Shown piece by piece: positions 10,500 to 22,931 of a stretch of 36,050 nt of DNA. A program made the translations under genes and the position numbers. The DNA lies in NCBI RefSeq assembly GCF_001194135.2, contig NC_069001.1, positions 10,169,778-10,205,827 on the forward strand, in the 5' to 3' direction. The stretch comes from Octopus bimaculoides. Lineage: Eukaryota. The number at the start of each line of letters is the position of its first letter. Position 1 is the stretch's first letter. The notes beneath the pieces are model-generated. The model was not told the DNA's origin. It worked only from the letters and a program-made list of their open reading frames with translations, and did not search any database.

Positions 10500-11774
10500 N
10501 NNNNNNNNNNNNNNNNNNNNNNNNNNNNNNNNNNNCACACACACACACGTATATATATATATATATATATATAGTCACACGCTTATATTACATTTAATTT
10601 TTTAAAAATAAAACGTTCTGATTCATATTCACTCTATCTTTCTACATATTATTTTGAATAACATCTAAGTACCTAAATAGAAATGAATTCAATGAAACTG
10701 AATTGAACTAAATTTCCGCTTTTGTTTATTTGGAATTGTTGACTTCATTTCTTTCGCTGCTGATAACATTTTTAACTTAGGACAATTAAAATCCATCAAG
10801 ATTTCTAAGTACATTCAACGTTCATCAATGTAGAATACAAATAAGAGTTTGGTGCAAAGGTGATTTTCACACCTTATTTATTCCGTCAATATTCCCAAAC
10901 AATAATCGTTCTACGTTTAGACGTGTTCGTAATCACGCGATGAAATGATAAATTGGTAGATTAAGATCTATTTGCACTAAGATAAACTCATAGGTTTGCA
11001 GATGTGAATAGGTTTATACTTACGATTTGAACTACGTGAATATATTTGCTTACAAAGCCGACGGCCATTTTCGAATACTTCTCTATTTTTATCGCCACAT
11101 ATTTCTATCAAATTATTAAATGCTACCTGTCTGTTACTTACCAACGAAAACCTATTCCTTATCTCGTTTTGAAGAATTTCGACACCTACAAATACTTTCA
11201 AATGTCTAATGTTTGCTTGAAAAGGCAAGACGTTACCTTCATTGTTTAACTCTCAACCCTAAAATGCGTTTAAACTGATAAGACTACATTTAAACTCGAA
11301 CGTGCGCTCAAAGTTATCAATTAACCGAAGTATTCTACAACAGATGTGGGGACTGAGTGATTGCTATGTATGGTCGCACAACCTGCGAGACATCATTCCC
11401 AAATATCATTCAAAGCACACTTTACCACTCGTCGATACTACTCGTCCATCTCCCTGCTAAAAATATGGCGGATGGAAGGCATTTCATACGAAACCTGCCA
11501 AGGCTAAATATCAGTACCATTTTATAAAAACGGAAGAATAACTCTACATAGTCTCTCAAATCAAAAATCACTGCCTTTCCTGCGAATGGTTATATTCGGT
11601 AATGTGACACAATATTCCAGAACAGCAGGATGAATAATTCCAGAAAAGCAGAATGGTCACGGCTGGAGACCCTTTGCTTAATAACCGTTGACCTATAGCT
11701 AAGTAAGAGAATGGACGTTTGCTGCAACAATAAGGATTAATACGGTGTATATAAAAACGTAAGTCTGCATTGTG

Positions 11775-11930
11775 GTAGCTGCACCCATTTTGAATCTCCT
11801 CTTCAGTTATTTTAGTTCAAGGAATCGAACCCAGTCAATGTTTTAAAGCCTGGTATCAATTCCATCCTTCTCTATTACCGAACTGTTATGTTCAGGGGAC
11901 GTTAACAAATCAACCGATAGACAGTCTATT
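11775..11930 (-). mobile_element. SINE family B tail fragment (diverged)
   Basis: GAATCGAACCCAGTCAATGTTTTAAAGCCTGGTA...CCGAACTGTTATGTTCAGGGGACGTTAACAAATCAACC is similar to 32270-32370. Confidence 0.5.
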
Positions 11931-12489
11931 ATAAGAAGAATAAAAAATATACACTTGTATATTTGTTTTCTCCACTTAAAATAGCCTCTGTGCCTACCAC
12001 ACAGCAATGTGTTGCAATCACCATGAAACCAAAATCTTTCCTTTTCTGTTAAACTTTCTGTTCTCTTTTTTTCAGTGAGACTATTTCTTTACGAGGTGAC
12101 TTCTGGCTGGAGTTACTTAGAGGGTAGACGTATGATAGGTGGCAAGAGCAAGGTTTAGCATTCCTTCACTTACATGTATTAATATACTTACTTTACCACA
12201 AAATATAAATGCATGCGTGTATACGAATACGTATATGTGTGAGTGTGTTAGAGTTTATGATTGCAATTGTGTATACCTGTGTGTGCGATGAACCTTCGTT
12301 GTCCGATAATGAGGATCAACCGAATATTCTGTCTCTAATTAAGGTGTGACTGATCAATCGACAGTCACATGTATTCCTATCGTAATTGCCTGATAGAATC
12401 AACGTGATTTTTTGCATCACAAGCACAACCCACCTGGTGGTTTTCTATTTGGTTTCGAGTATTTTCATGAGATAATTGACAATTGTCCT

Positions 12490-12560
12490 GGAGACCAAGC
12501 GGGAGGATCGAAAGCGTACCTCAGATTTGCGAAGTGAGCTTCTTAACCACTCAGTTACAC
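12490..12560 (-). mobile_element. tRNA-like SINE head fragment
   Basis: Minus strand GTAACTGAGTGGTTAAGAAGCTCACTTCGC...TTTCGATCCTCCC carries A/B-box-like motifs. Confidence 0.5.
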
Positions 12561-13167
12561 TACAGCTATATATGCATGTATTTACCTATGTATACAGCCA
12601 AACATACATGCACCATGGCGTACCTATTTATATGTATATGCGCGTATGTGTGAGTTTGAACATCCATAGATATATATGTACATGTGTGTATGAACATGTG
12701 CTTTGTCCTTTGTACAAAAGTATATATGTGTATTCTATAATGGCGGGGCTAACTAGAAAGTTCGCGAGAGATTCGTGCACTTTCTGTTTTGTAATTGTAA
12801 AATATATTATTGTCAAAGCAGGAGGCGGGCAAATGTAGTAACATTATGTATCGAAATATATAGTTAACCGGAGTGGATATGTATTTTTGCAGCTGGTTTT
12901 GTTTACAAACTAAAATGTTGTCAATTATGAATAAGATAATGGCAGAAAAATCGCTTAAGACTACATCAATCTCAATATCATTAATAATTAGTACAATAAG
13001 AATGTTTCTATCCTAACTTCTGATTTAGCTATTCCGGTGATAAATAGTATGCTGGATTTTATCATACTATATTCCTTTTCATACAAACTTTTTATTCAGC
13101 GTTTTCTATGTTATTATTTTTCTCCATCCATTATTTAGATCTAGAAAGTTAAAAAACAATGAGCATT

Positions 13168-13345
13168 GCAGATGCATGGTTTTGTGGTTTAAGAAGATTG
13201 CTTCGTAACCAGCTGGTTCTTAGATTGATCTCAGTACGCAGCCCCCGAGGTATTAGCGAGCACAGAGTGTCTTCTACCATAGTTTTCTATTGGTAATTAC
13301 TTTGTGAGTATAATTTTACAGACGGAATCTTTCTAGACGCTAAAT
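13168..13345 (+). mobile_element. SINE family B, diverged 5' part
   Basis: ATGGTTTTGTGGTTTAAGAAGATTGCTTCGTAACCA...GTGTCTTCTACCATAG...TTTGTGAGT...AGACGGAATC is collinear with 2754-2917. Confidence 0.6.
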
Positions 13346-13734
13346 CTAGCTGCCAAAACCGGTCGGTAAATGTGGTCGGGAGAATTAACTACATGTTCGA
13401 GCGGTAATAGCAAAGTTAAACATATTTAAAAATCTTCGTGCGTGTGAGATCTCTTAGTTGGTTAATATTTTCCGTAATAGCCATATTCACTAATATTGAA
13501 GCTGATAAAGTAGTTAGTTGATCATGGACTTCATTTGTGATGGCATGTCTCGGACTAGTTATACTGGAAGCTGTCCAATCGCACAGACACTCGCTTACAC
13601 ACACAGATACACGTCCATACACGTCAACTCACGTGCACGTACATGCACATATATACATGCATGTGAAAATTGCTGCAAAGTGATTTCTACTTATTTTTAC
13701 GCAGAATTTTTTTATTTTCTTTGTTTTTTTTTTT

Positions 13735-13885
13735 CATTTGTTCCACTCATTTCACTTCGGCCATGTTGGAGCACCGCCTTTAGTCGAGCAAATCGACCCC
13801 CAGGACTTAATCTTTGTAAGCCTAGTATTTATACCACTAAGCATTTCACCCGGCTTGCAAACGATTCTGCCAGCTCGGCGCTTCA
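13735..13885 (-). mobile_element. chimeric SINE: family A head fused to family B tail
   Basis: 13831-13885 matches the family A head (GCCGAGCTGGCAGAATCGTT...GAAATGCTTAGTGGTAT). 13735-13832 matches the family B tail (TACTAGGCTTACAAAG...GGTCGATTTGCTCGACTAAAGGCGGTGCTCCAACATGGCC). Confidence 0.8.
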
Positions 13886-14436
13886 ATGTCTTACAAATTG
13901 TGATACTTTATACTACAACATGACTTTCTTTCGTATCAAATAATAATCAAATTCCAAGTCATCCACGTAGATACCAAGCGTATTTTAAGGTAAATATAGA
14001 CTGAAATATATTTGAGATATCATATATTTATAATTCTTTATCTTTAGATGGGGAACTCACATAATACATACGTGCAAAGTCTCCACCTAAAACAATAAAT
14101 ATCTACCAATCTTTTGATATTAATTTAACATAGGACTAGACACGAAACCAAAACGTACCTGAAATATAACATCCTGTGCGACACTTAAATAAATTACAGA
14201 CTGTGGAGGTAAGATATATATATATATATATATANNNNNNNNNNNNNNNNNNNNNNNNNNNNNNNNNNNNNNNNNNNNNNNNNNNNNNNNNNNNNNNNNN
14301 NNNNNNNNNNNNNNNNNNNNNNNNNNNNNNNNNNNNNNNNNNNNNNNNNNNNNNNNNNNNNNNNNNNNNNNNNNNNNNNNNNNNNNNNNNNNNNNNNNNN
14401 NNNNNNNNNNNNNNNNNNNNNNNNNNNNNNNNNNNN

Positions 14437-14605
14437 AAAAAAAAAAAGACAGGTGGTGTAGACAACAAAGAGATGTATTAGTATAACGCTCGGGAAGTGA
14501 AAAATTCTTTAATGTTTCGAGCCTATGCTCTTCCACAGAAAGGTACACAGAAAGAAACAAAGAGAGAAAATAAAAAATGTGTAGTGGCTAGCGATCTTTC
14601 TCTCT
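14437..14605 (-). mobile_element. short repeat family C copy 1 (Penelope/retrozyme-like terminal module)
   Basis: Homologous to 19540-19735 and 23520-23700. Core CTTTCTGTGGAAGAGCATAGGCTCGAAACATTAAAG (14542-14507). Confidence 0.75.
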
Positions 14606-14606
14606 T

Positions 14607-14640
<34 letters not shown>

Positions 14641-14644
14641 GCTT

Positions 14645-14676
<32 letters not shown>

Positions 14677-14688
14677 ACTCTCTCTCTG

Positions 14689-14720
<32 letters not shown>

Positions 14721-15103
14721 TCAAAACAAATTCTTTGTCTGATAGGTCTCAAATTTCCCAAAGTATACTATAAAGTGAAGAAAGTAAGTGACCTATTGTT
14801 TTACAAAAACTCATTTATATTGTTAAGATACATTTGCATAATACTGAAACTAATATGTTCCTGTGAAATAACGACACTGCACATTCAGGGTTTCACAATT
14901 GCATAGAATATCACACAGAAATCTCCCTCAAATTACTTCTGAATGTTTTCGAGAAGGGAAAGTCACTTTGGATAATAGTCCTAAATATATAACATCAAAA
15001 CTTTTAAAATAACAAATTATATGGTCATATCTCTAAGACTGTTCTTCATCAGTCCATTCAATTACAATTGATATGGGCTAAACTAACAACTATTATATAC
15101 ACG

Positions 15104-15240
15104 AAAGGCAGCAAGCTGGTAGAAACGTTAGCACGGCGGGCAAATGCTTAGCGGTATTTCGTCTGTCTTAACGTTCTGAGTTCAAATTCCGCCGTGGTCG
15201 ACTTTGCTTTTCATCATTTCAGGGTCGATAAATTAAGACT
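15104..15240 (+). mobile_element. SINE family A
   Basis: High similarity to 8754-8892. Confidence 0.9.
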
Positions 15241-15843
15241 TATTTCGAGGCATCACTCTGTGTGTATGTGTGTGTGTGTGTGAAAGTATATATTGTTGAG
15301 ACACTAAGTGGGTTACACAAACATTCGTATCCTATGCCAGCATCTCCGAGCAAGAGGCTATTACTAACTCGTATCTTTATACAGTGTACTTTAAATAATA
15401 TTTATCTCTCACAGGCTGGAGAGAGACAGACAGACAGAAACAGACAGAGACAGACAGACAGGTAGATAAACAAACGGACATAGAAATATAGACAGAAACG
15501 TACCCACCCATGTATACATATATCCGAGATAATTGCTTGCGTAGTTTTTTCTGTGTGTGTTTTATGAGATCGTCGTGTGGAGTGGTGAGAGAGTGTTTGA
15601 TTTCTTTGTCTATAAATAAAGTAATGACACTTCATCACAAACTGACTTCAATTTATGCCTACTTCCAAAGGTGTGGTATCGAAATCGATCAGTTCGGTTT
15701 TTTGATTCCTTATTAGATTATGAGAGATTTTTCAATGACAGGCTTCAAAAATATACATTCATCGAGGAATGAATCCGTAATGGAAAGTTTTGACCGAAAT
15801 CTAATTAGAAATAGCCGCCAAAAGTGGAAAGAAACGAATCATA

Positions 15844-15906
<63 letters not shown>

Positions 15907-16115
15907 NNNNNNNNNNNNNNNNNNNNNNNNNNNNNNNNNNNNNNNNNNNNNNNNNNNNNNNNNNNNNNNNNNNNNNNNNNNNNNNNNNNNNNNNNNNNNN
16001 NNNNNNNNNNNNNNNNNNNNNNNNNNNNNNNNNNNNNNNNNNNNNNNNNNNNNNNNNNNNNNNNNNNNNNNNNNNNNNNNNNNNNNNNNNNNNNNNNNNN
16101 NNNNNNNNNNNNNNN

Positions 16116-16160
<45 letters not shown>

Positions 16161-16940
16161 AGACACTCACACGTAAATTATAGAAATCTAAATAAATCAT
16201 TTATCCAAAGTCATCATAGATTACGATTTGTTATTTATATGTTTTGGCATACATATATATATTTCCATTAGTAATTCTTGCTTTATTTTTGGCGTCTTCT
16301 TTTTTTTGTTTGTCTGATTGTTTTTTACTTATTTCTGTTCTTTTGTTCTAATTGTGTTGGTTTCGCAGTGTTAAACTTCTAAATGATGACGCAGTTTACA
16401 AGAGAATTTCGGGTATTCAGTTGCTGACAGAATGGAAAGAGAAATACAAATAGAAAGTGTTGCAGCTTTTCAAATTCAATCAAAGACTGAGTGTTGAGGA
16501 ATTTTCACTTCCTTCTATTAAGAAAGCAAAATCGATAACAAAAAAGGAAACCATTTTATAGTTAGTTGTTGTTGTTGTTGTTGTTTTTGTTTTTCTTATT
16601 GTTCTTCCATTAGCTCTTCTTGTTTATTTATTTATTCATTTTTGGTGGTGATTGTTAGAACCAGGTCAGAATTATCGAACAGATCTGCGATGAAATGTGG
16701 CCCAGCCTTGAGCAGATCGTATTTTGTTTACAGATATAAATTACATAAGATTATTATTATTATTTTTATTATTATTATTGTCTTTGCATAGCTTCTAACG
16801 CTGGAGATGAACTACGGTGTCAGCTGTTCACTACCAGTGAACTAATGTAACATCTCTTAGTTTTCGAGCCCCTTCCAGAGTATTCGAGCGGTTCCAAGCA
16901 GTGCTGTTTTTTTAATTTTCGTTTTTGAACTCAGGACGTC

Positions 16941-17086
16941 CGAGGTCGACTTTGCCTTTCATCCTTGCTGGGTCCAGGAAATAAGTGCCAGTTACACACT
17001 GGGTTCCATGTAATCCCCTACTCACCCACACACTCAAAGAACAAAAATATTTTCCAGGCCTTGTGTCAATAGTAGAAAGGATTATT
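16941..17086 (+). mobile_element. SINE family A, 5'-truncated
   Basis: CGAGGTCGACTTTGCCTTTCATCC...AAATAAGTGCCAGTTACACACTGGG...GGCCTTGTGTCAATAGTAGAAAGGATTATT. Confidence 0.8.
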
Positions 17087-17994
17087 GTTATTGTTGCTAT
17101 TGTTGTAATTATTGTTGCTGCTTAGTGGGTGTGTGAGCGCGTCTCTTTATCTGTATGCAAACGCTTGCATGATTTCATGCACGCACACTTAAACAAACCA
17201 GAGACCAACACGGTTTATGAGGCAGTCGTGAAAGACAAACACAAAGACTCATACACACACAGACAAGTGCATGCATACATATACATATACACATATATAC
17301 ATGCACACATATACATATACATATATACATATATACATGAATACATATACATATATACATATATACATGCATTCATATGCATATACACATATATACCCTA
17401 TAAGTATACACTTATACTTATAGGGTAGTAAGTTCAGGAAGATCCTAGTATGAGATGTTAGTAAGCTTCAAGCAATTACACAACTCGAATTGATGACAAA
17501 AGTGCACAATATACGATAAAGAGAGTTTAATAACGATCGTACGTTATGCACTTCGTCCACATTCAAATCAAAGAAAATTTCGATAAGCTGATTGACAATA
17601 TTGTTATGGGAGAATCTTCTACATCCCCATTTGACTGAAAGTGGACTAACGGATTTCAATAAATAGAGAACTGTGTGAACTGTCAGGGGCAATTGACAGA
17701 CGTGTGTTGGTTACTGTTTTAGTACGACGTGTGTTGGTTTTAATATAGAGTGCGTTCTGTGTGAACACAATAAGTCAGCAATAGGTTATTTTACATAGCC
17801 ACATCCAAATATTTCTTTGGGTGATACTACGACGTGTACACGTACGTCATAACGAAAATATAACCCACAAATTAACTCATCTCCACGCAACGATACAAAC
17901 AACTCGAAGCTACTCAGAGCTGAGGATTGGCTGAGTTTTGTGTGTGTTACAAGTTATGATATAAATATTTTTTTTTAGTTTCGAAGCATAGTCT

Positions 17995-18069
17995 CTCTCT
18001 CTTTCTCTCTCTCTCTTTCTCTCTCTCTATCTCTCTCTCTCTCTTTCTCTTTCTCTCTCTCTCTCTCTC

Positions 18070-18124
<55 letters not shown>
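17995..18124. repeat. (CT)n-(TA)n compound microsatellite
   Basis: Directly visible. Confidence 0.95.
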
Positions 18125-18128
<4 letters not shown>

Positions 18129-18206
18129 TCCATTATAAACTGGTCTATATATATAGACTCCATTATAAACTGGTCTATATATATAGACTCCATTATAAAC
18201 TGGTCT
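18121..18206. repeat. about 3 x 30-bp tandem repeat
   Basis: ATATAGACTCCATTATAAACTGGTCTATAT units start at 18121, 18151 and 18181 (the last truncated), with no substitutions between them. Confidence 0.95.
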
Positions 18207-19539
18207 CCTAGTAGAGAACCCCCCCCACCTATAGTAGTTTGTCACTAAACCCAAAGAAATTTTTATAACTATATCATCCATGTTTGCTGTCTATACTGTT
18301 TATCCCTTTCTCTTACCCTAAAAAGAAGATGCCAGTGCCCTCTTAAGCTTTGAATCACTAGGGCTGATAAGATGATCCATAAATCAGAAACAAAAAAGCC
18401 AAATAAAATCAGTGACAGTTAAAAATCTGCTTAGAATTATTTACTAGCTTGTATGGTGTTTCTAAGTCAAAACGTTTTTTTTTATTCTTCCTTTCTACTT
18501 GGAGAGTTTAGATTTAATTATATAAATATGTCCTTCTGTTGAAATGTAATTTCAGTGAATTTCTATATTTTTGTGCAGTTGTGGATTGCTCTCCATTATA
18601 CATTTGATATAATGTTCACATTGCTTCAATAAATGGAGTCGCATGAAGCGATCGTACTGCATTAACTTTGGATATCCTTGTAGCTTAATTCGATTATTTA
18701 TATATATATACAAATGAGAATGTATTTCTGTGTGTCTGTGTGTGTGTGTGAATCCCTAAACCTCCAGAACTACACAACCAATTTCATTCAAATTTTACAA
18801 ATGCCTTACTTAGGTTGGGATGTAAAATATAAAATTCTTTGTCTCGCTGTACAAGTGCTTCTATTTCCTTAATTTATACTGCATACAAGAGTGCAGACAT
18901 ACTATATACGGTACGTTATTAAACATACACACACATACACGCGCATACACATCTACACACACATATATACATACCTGACGACTTAAATTTTTTTTTATTA
19001 ACCACACAGGGTCGAAACACAGAAGGAACAACACAAGGACAGAAAAACACAAAACTGGAGGAAAAATGAAATTGAACGAAAAGAATGGTAATGATAAATT
19101 AAAAGGTGGAATGACGTTTACTCGAACCCCACACTCCAGTTAACGTCATTGAATGTTTTCAGAAAAAAAAAAAAATTCTCCTTGTGTTGATGAAAAATTT
19201 AATCCGGCTCCCCATGTATCTGAGATAGACCGGCCGGTCTATTTCTATTTGTGCACCCGAGGGAAAGACGAAGAATACTGTCTACCAAGAGGCACTCCAC
19301 TGATAACAACGGCAACTTCAACTGCTCCAATTTCAACTCCGCAATATTTTCATCGTCCTGCCAGCCCACGTAAGTCCAATCTTGCTTTGCTCTCCTTACT
19401 AACTCACCATGACTTTCTTTTTTTTCTACCAAGATCCGTCGCCCAAACACCACTTCGTATCCACTTCTTCCTCTTTTTTATGTCTTCGTTTCTCTCTTCG
19501 CGTCGTTCTCTGACAGGGTGAAACCGAGCTTAGCTGCTA

Positions 19540-19735
19540 ACACCATTCAATTTTTTTTCTCCGTGTTTTTCTCCTTGTTTTATCCGTATTCTTTGTGTTG
19601 AAGTGCGTAGCTCTAAACGTTAAAGACTTTCTGTATTCCCGAGCGTTAAACTAATACATCCTTTTGTTGTTTACACCACCTGTCCTCGTCTGTTGTTTTT
19701 TTTTTCGTACATTCTCCTATATATATATATATATA
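19540..19735 (+). mobile_element. short repeat family C copy 2 (decayed core)
   Basis: CTTTGTGTTGAAGTGCGTAGCTCTAAACGTTAAAGACTTTCTGTATTCCCGAGCGTTAAACTAATACATCC...ACACCACCTGTC, ending in (TA)n. Confidence 0.75.
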
Positions 19736-19789
19736 TTTGACGGGCGCACTAACAGATTGCGTCTAGAAAGTCCCCTCGAAAGCTTTCGA

Positions 19790-19900
19790 TCGACCCCGTG
19801 CTACAGCAGACAACACTTGCTGAAGGTTCTGTGCAGTAGGCCTGAACCGAAGGCAACGTTGCTGGGAAGCGAGATTCTTAACCACGCCGCCATGCTTGCG
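19790..19900 (-). mobile_element. SINE family B head, diverged
   Basis: GACAACACTTGCTGAAGGTTCTGTGCAGTAGGCCTGAACC...TTCTTAACCACGCCGCCATGC is the reverse complement of the family B head and CORE-like region. Confidence 0.65.
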
Positions 19901-20894
19901 ATAACCTTTTAGTTAGATTATATAAATGTTCCTAAAATTAAACCTACTGCTTTCTATAAGCAATTATAAATGTTTCAGTTTGTTATATCACTAATAAAAC
20001 GGAATGAGCTGGGATATATAATCTCTGAACACAGATTTCCCGATTAGAGCTAACCGGGGGCACAACAACAACAGCAACAACAACGGCAACATCAATTACA
20101 ACTTGCTCTATATGTTTGACAATTATCAAAGAAGGCGGATAAGAGAAACGAACGCTAACCCTCGCCACCGTAGCATTCCGATAATTACACGCGTGCAACA
20201 TGCAGAATATTGCATGCAGAAAGCTATAGAGATACACTTGGATAGTCTTCTTATTTATTATTTATGGCTATTTTGTTTTTCAATTTTTGAGGTATTTTTC
20301 TCTATCTTCTGCCTGTGCTCATATCCACACATGCGTATATATACATATGTGTGTGTGTGTATATATATATGTATGTATGTATCTATGTATGTATGTATAT
20401 ATATATATGTGTGTGTGTGTATCTATAAACATATATATACATAAACACATATATATATATACATGTATATACATATATATATATATATATACATAAAGAG
20501 AGAGAGAGAGATACATATATATATATTTTTATTTATGCATAGATATGTGTGTATGCGTATGCATGCACGAGTTTTATGTGTGTGTTTATGTATGTATGTA
20601 CGTATGTATGTATGTATGTATGCATGCATGTATGTTTGCATGTGTGTATGTGATGCATGCATGGATATATGTACATGTATCTATCCATATATCTGCTTTT
20701 CTATCGACGGTTTGTAACTTTGAAATCTGCGTTGTGTGTGTAGATCTAATGAGCTTCCGATTGCCGTCGATGGGGGATTTTTATTTCTTAAAAGCAATCT
20801 GCATCAGGTACTCACGTAATGCTAAGTTAAATATTTATTTCCCATTAACGTTGCTTCCATTATTTAGGTGCATTTTATAGATTACTATACTTAC

Positions 20895-21032
20895 AAGTTG
20901 CATCGCAACACTTGAAGAACGGATCAATAATGTAAGGTGAAGTAGACAGCAAGCCTCTCTCACTAATTTCCACACACTGCCTACACGAAGCATCAAAATC
21001 CGCATCCATTTCGATGAAGACAAAAAGACAAC
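20895..21032 (-). CDS. candidate 138-nt phase 1-1 Cys-containing exon
   Basis: Open frame (G)CLFVFIEMDADFDASCRQCVEISERGLLSTSPYIIDPFFKCCDAT ends at the donor CTT|GTAAGT (20894). The acceptor AAACATAG| is weak. Not recognised. Confidence 0.25.
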
Positions 21033-21222
21033 CTATGTTTATATTTTACTACGTATTTAAACTGTGTAATAATAATGCAATGAAACGTTTGCGATTTCGT
21101 TCAAGATTTGCAAGGCGAGTGAAAAAGAATGTTACTCGTATCCGATCGTCTGTAGTAACTATACCACGTACCATCTTGCTCTGCTTGTATTAACACCCAA
21201 GACTTTATCAAAGCTCGTAGAG

Positions 21223-21612
21223 CAATGGATCCCAGCCGGAGTATATATATACCTTCGGCGTCCACATATGATTTTTGTTGGGTCTACGCAAGCAAAATAG
21301 TAAATTAAGGATCCGCAGTATTATTTTAAGAGTCCGTGAAAATTGTTTTAGATGTATTTATTTCAAAAAGCAATAAGGTCTTCTTGTCTAATGTTTTACA
21401 AATTTTAACTTGTTTCCGGCAAGTGAAACATGTTCTCTCGGAGAGTTCTATTGCAAACCTATATAAGTGGAAGTATGAAGAAGAGAATAAGAATTTTGGA
21501 AGAAGTTTTGTATAAAACTAGTTTTTAAACATTCAATGTCTATGGAGGATCACCATAATAAAATAGTAATCAAAGGGATGCGTAGATAAAAAAAAATGGT
21601 TGGGCACCACTG
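21223..21612. mobile_element. hAT (Charlie-like) MITE, 390 bp
   Basis: Imperfect 15-bp TIRs CAATGGATCCCAGCC / CAGTGGTGCCCAACC (11/15). Flanks TCGTAGAG / CTATAGAG resemble a decayed 8-bp NTCTAGAN-type target duplication. Confidence 0.65.
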
Positions 21613-21856
21613 CTATAGAGTCTTTAGAAAGTCTAGAGTATATATTGCGCAATGAATGAAATATTAGAAAAGAAGGTTTTTGATTATCGACCAGTCTTAT
21701 CTGAGGTGATTTGAAGGTAAATATAACGAAAATTCTATTCAGAATTTATTGTATTTCGGGATGGTCATTGCTTATGTTTCTTGCCAAATAAACACACGCA
21801 CTATATATTCGCTCTTCATTCTTCTGTTACTGTTCTTATTTTAATTCATCCCCATA

Positions 21857-22200
21857 ATGGAAAAGAGTATACGCAGTCAATGCCTTACTAAAAATCAGAT
21901 TAAAATCCATCATGCCGGCGTCAATAGGAACGATGTATCGGATATCGTAATCCTATGCACAAATTTATCTCAAACAGTCGGGAGGGTCATGGCTAAAACG
22001 CCTTTGGCTATCCACTATAACAAACTTAACCAGAATGTAAATAACAATCTCAACAACGACGTAACGTCTCGGCGTCTAAAATCAATCGTTACTCGATATA
22101 CATGAAATGGTATCTAAATATCCCTCAAACTATAGAAATAGCGCAAATAGGCGATTATCTACACTATGCTTACTTAAAATTTCTTTTGCAGTTATATATA
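21857..22200 (+). pseudogene. possible Tc1-family transposase N-terminal (HTH) remnant
   Basis: EKSIRSQ...HHAGVNRNDVSDIV...SQTVGRVMAK...SRRLKSIVTR resembles the Tc1 paired-like HTH pattern (RSQI.LH.AG.S...I...V.R...RRLKRIV). Stops follow, then a gap. Confidence 0.35.
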
Positions 22201-22889
22201 NNNNNNNNNNNNNNNNNNNNNNNNNNNNNNNNNNNNNNNNNNNNNNNNNNNNNNNNNNNNNNNNNNNNNNNNNNNNNNNNNNNNNNNNNNNNNNNNNNNN
22301 NNNNNNNNNNNNNNNNNNNNNNNNNNNNNNNNNNNNNNNNNNNNNNNNNNNNNNNNNNNNNNNNNNNNNNNNNNNNNNNNNNNNNNNNNNNNNNNNNNNN
22401 NNNNNNNNNNNNNNNNNNNNNNNNNNNNNNNNNNNNNNNNNNNNNNNNNNNNNNNNNNNNNNNNNNNNNNNNNNNNNNNNNNNNNNNNNNNNNNNNNNNN
22501 NNNNNNNNNNNNNNNNNNNNNNNNNNNNNNNNNNNNNNNNNNNNNNNNNNNNNNNNNNNNNNNNNNNNNNNNNNNNNNNNNNNNNNNNNNNNNNNNNNNN
22601 NNNNNNNNNNNNNNNNNNNNNNNNNNNNNNNNNNNNNNNNNNNNNNNNNNNNNNNNNNNNNNNNNNNNNNNNNNNNNNNNNNNNNNNNNNNNNNNNNNNN
22701 NNNNNNNNNNNNNNNNNNNNNNNNNNNNNNNNNNNNNNNNNNNNNNNNNNNNNNNNNNNNNNNNNNNNNNNNNNNNNNNNNNNNNNNNNNNNACTCTAAC
22801 GATCTCTATTACTCTTCCTTCTCCTCTTCCTGTTACGAACAAACATCTACAAACACACGTGTAGCCTTCCTCTTTCCACCTCCTCTCTC

Positions 22890-22931
<42 letters not shown>

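Noticed and set aside
10700-11250. Protein-like short frames (10977-11228 minus, 11046-11249 plus)
   Set aside because: Frequent stops, no motif, and the coding strand cannot be determined.
17468-17692. 74-aa minus ORF and protein-like plus frames
   Set aside because: No splice signals or recognisable motif. It may be another fossil fragment but cannot be supported.
17699-17741. Direct repeat GACGTGTGTTGGTT x2
   Set aside because: A 14-bp local duplication with nothing recognisable between the copies.
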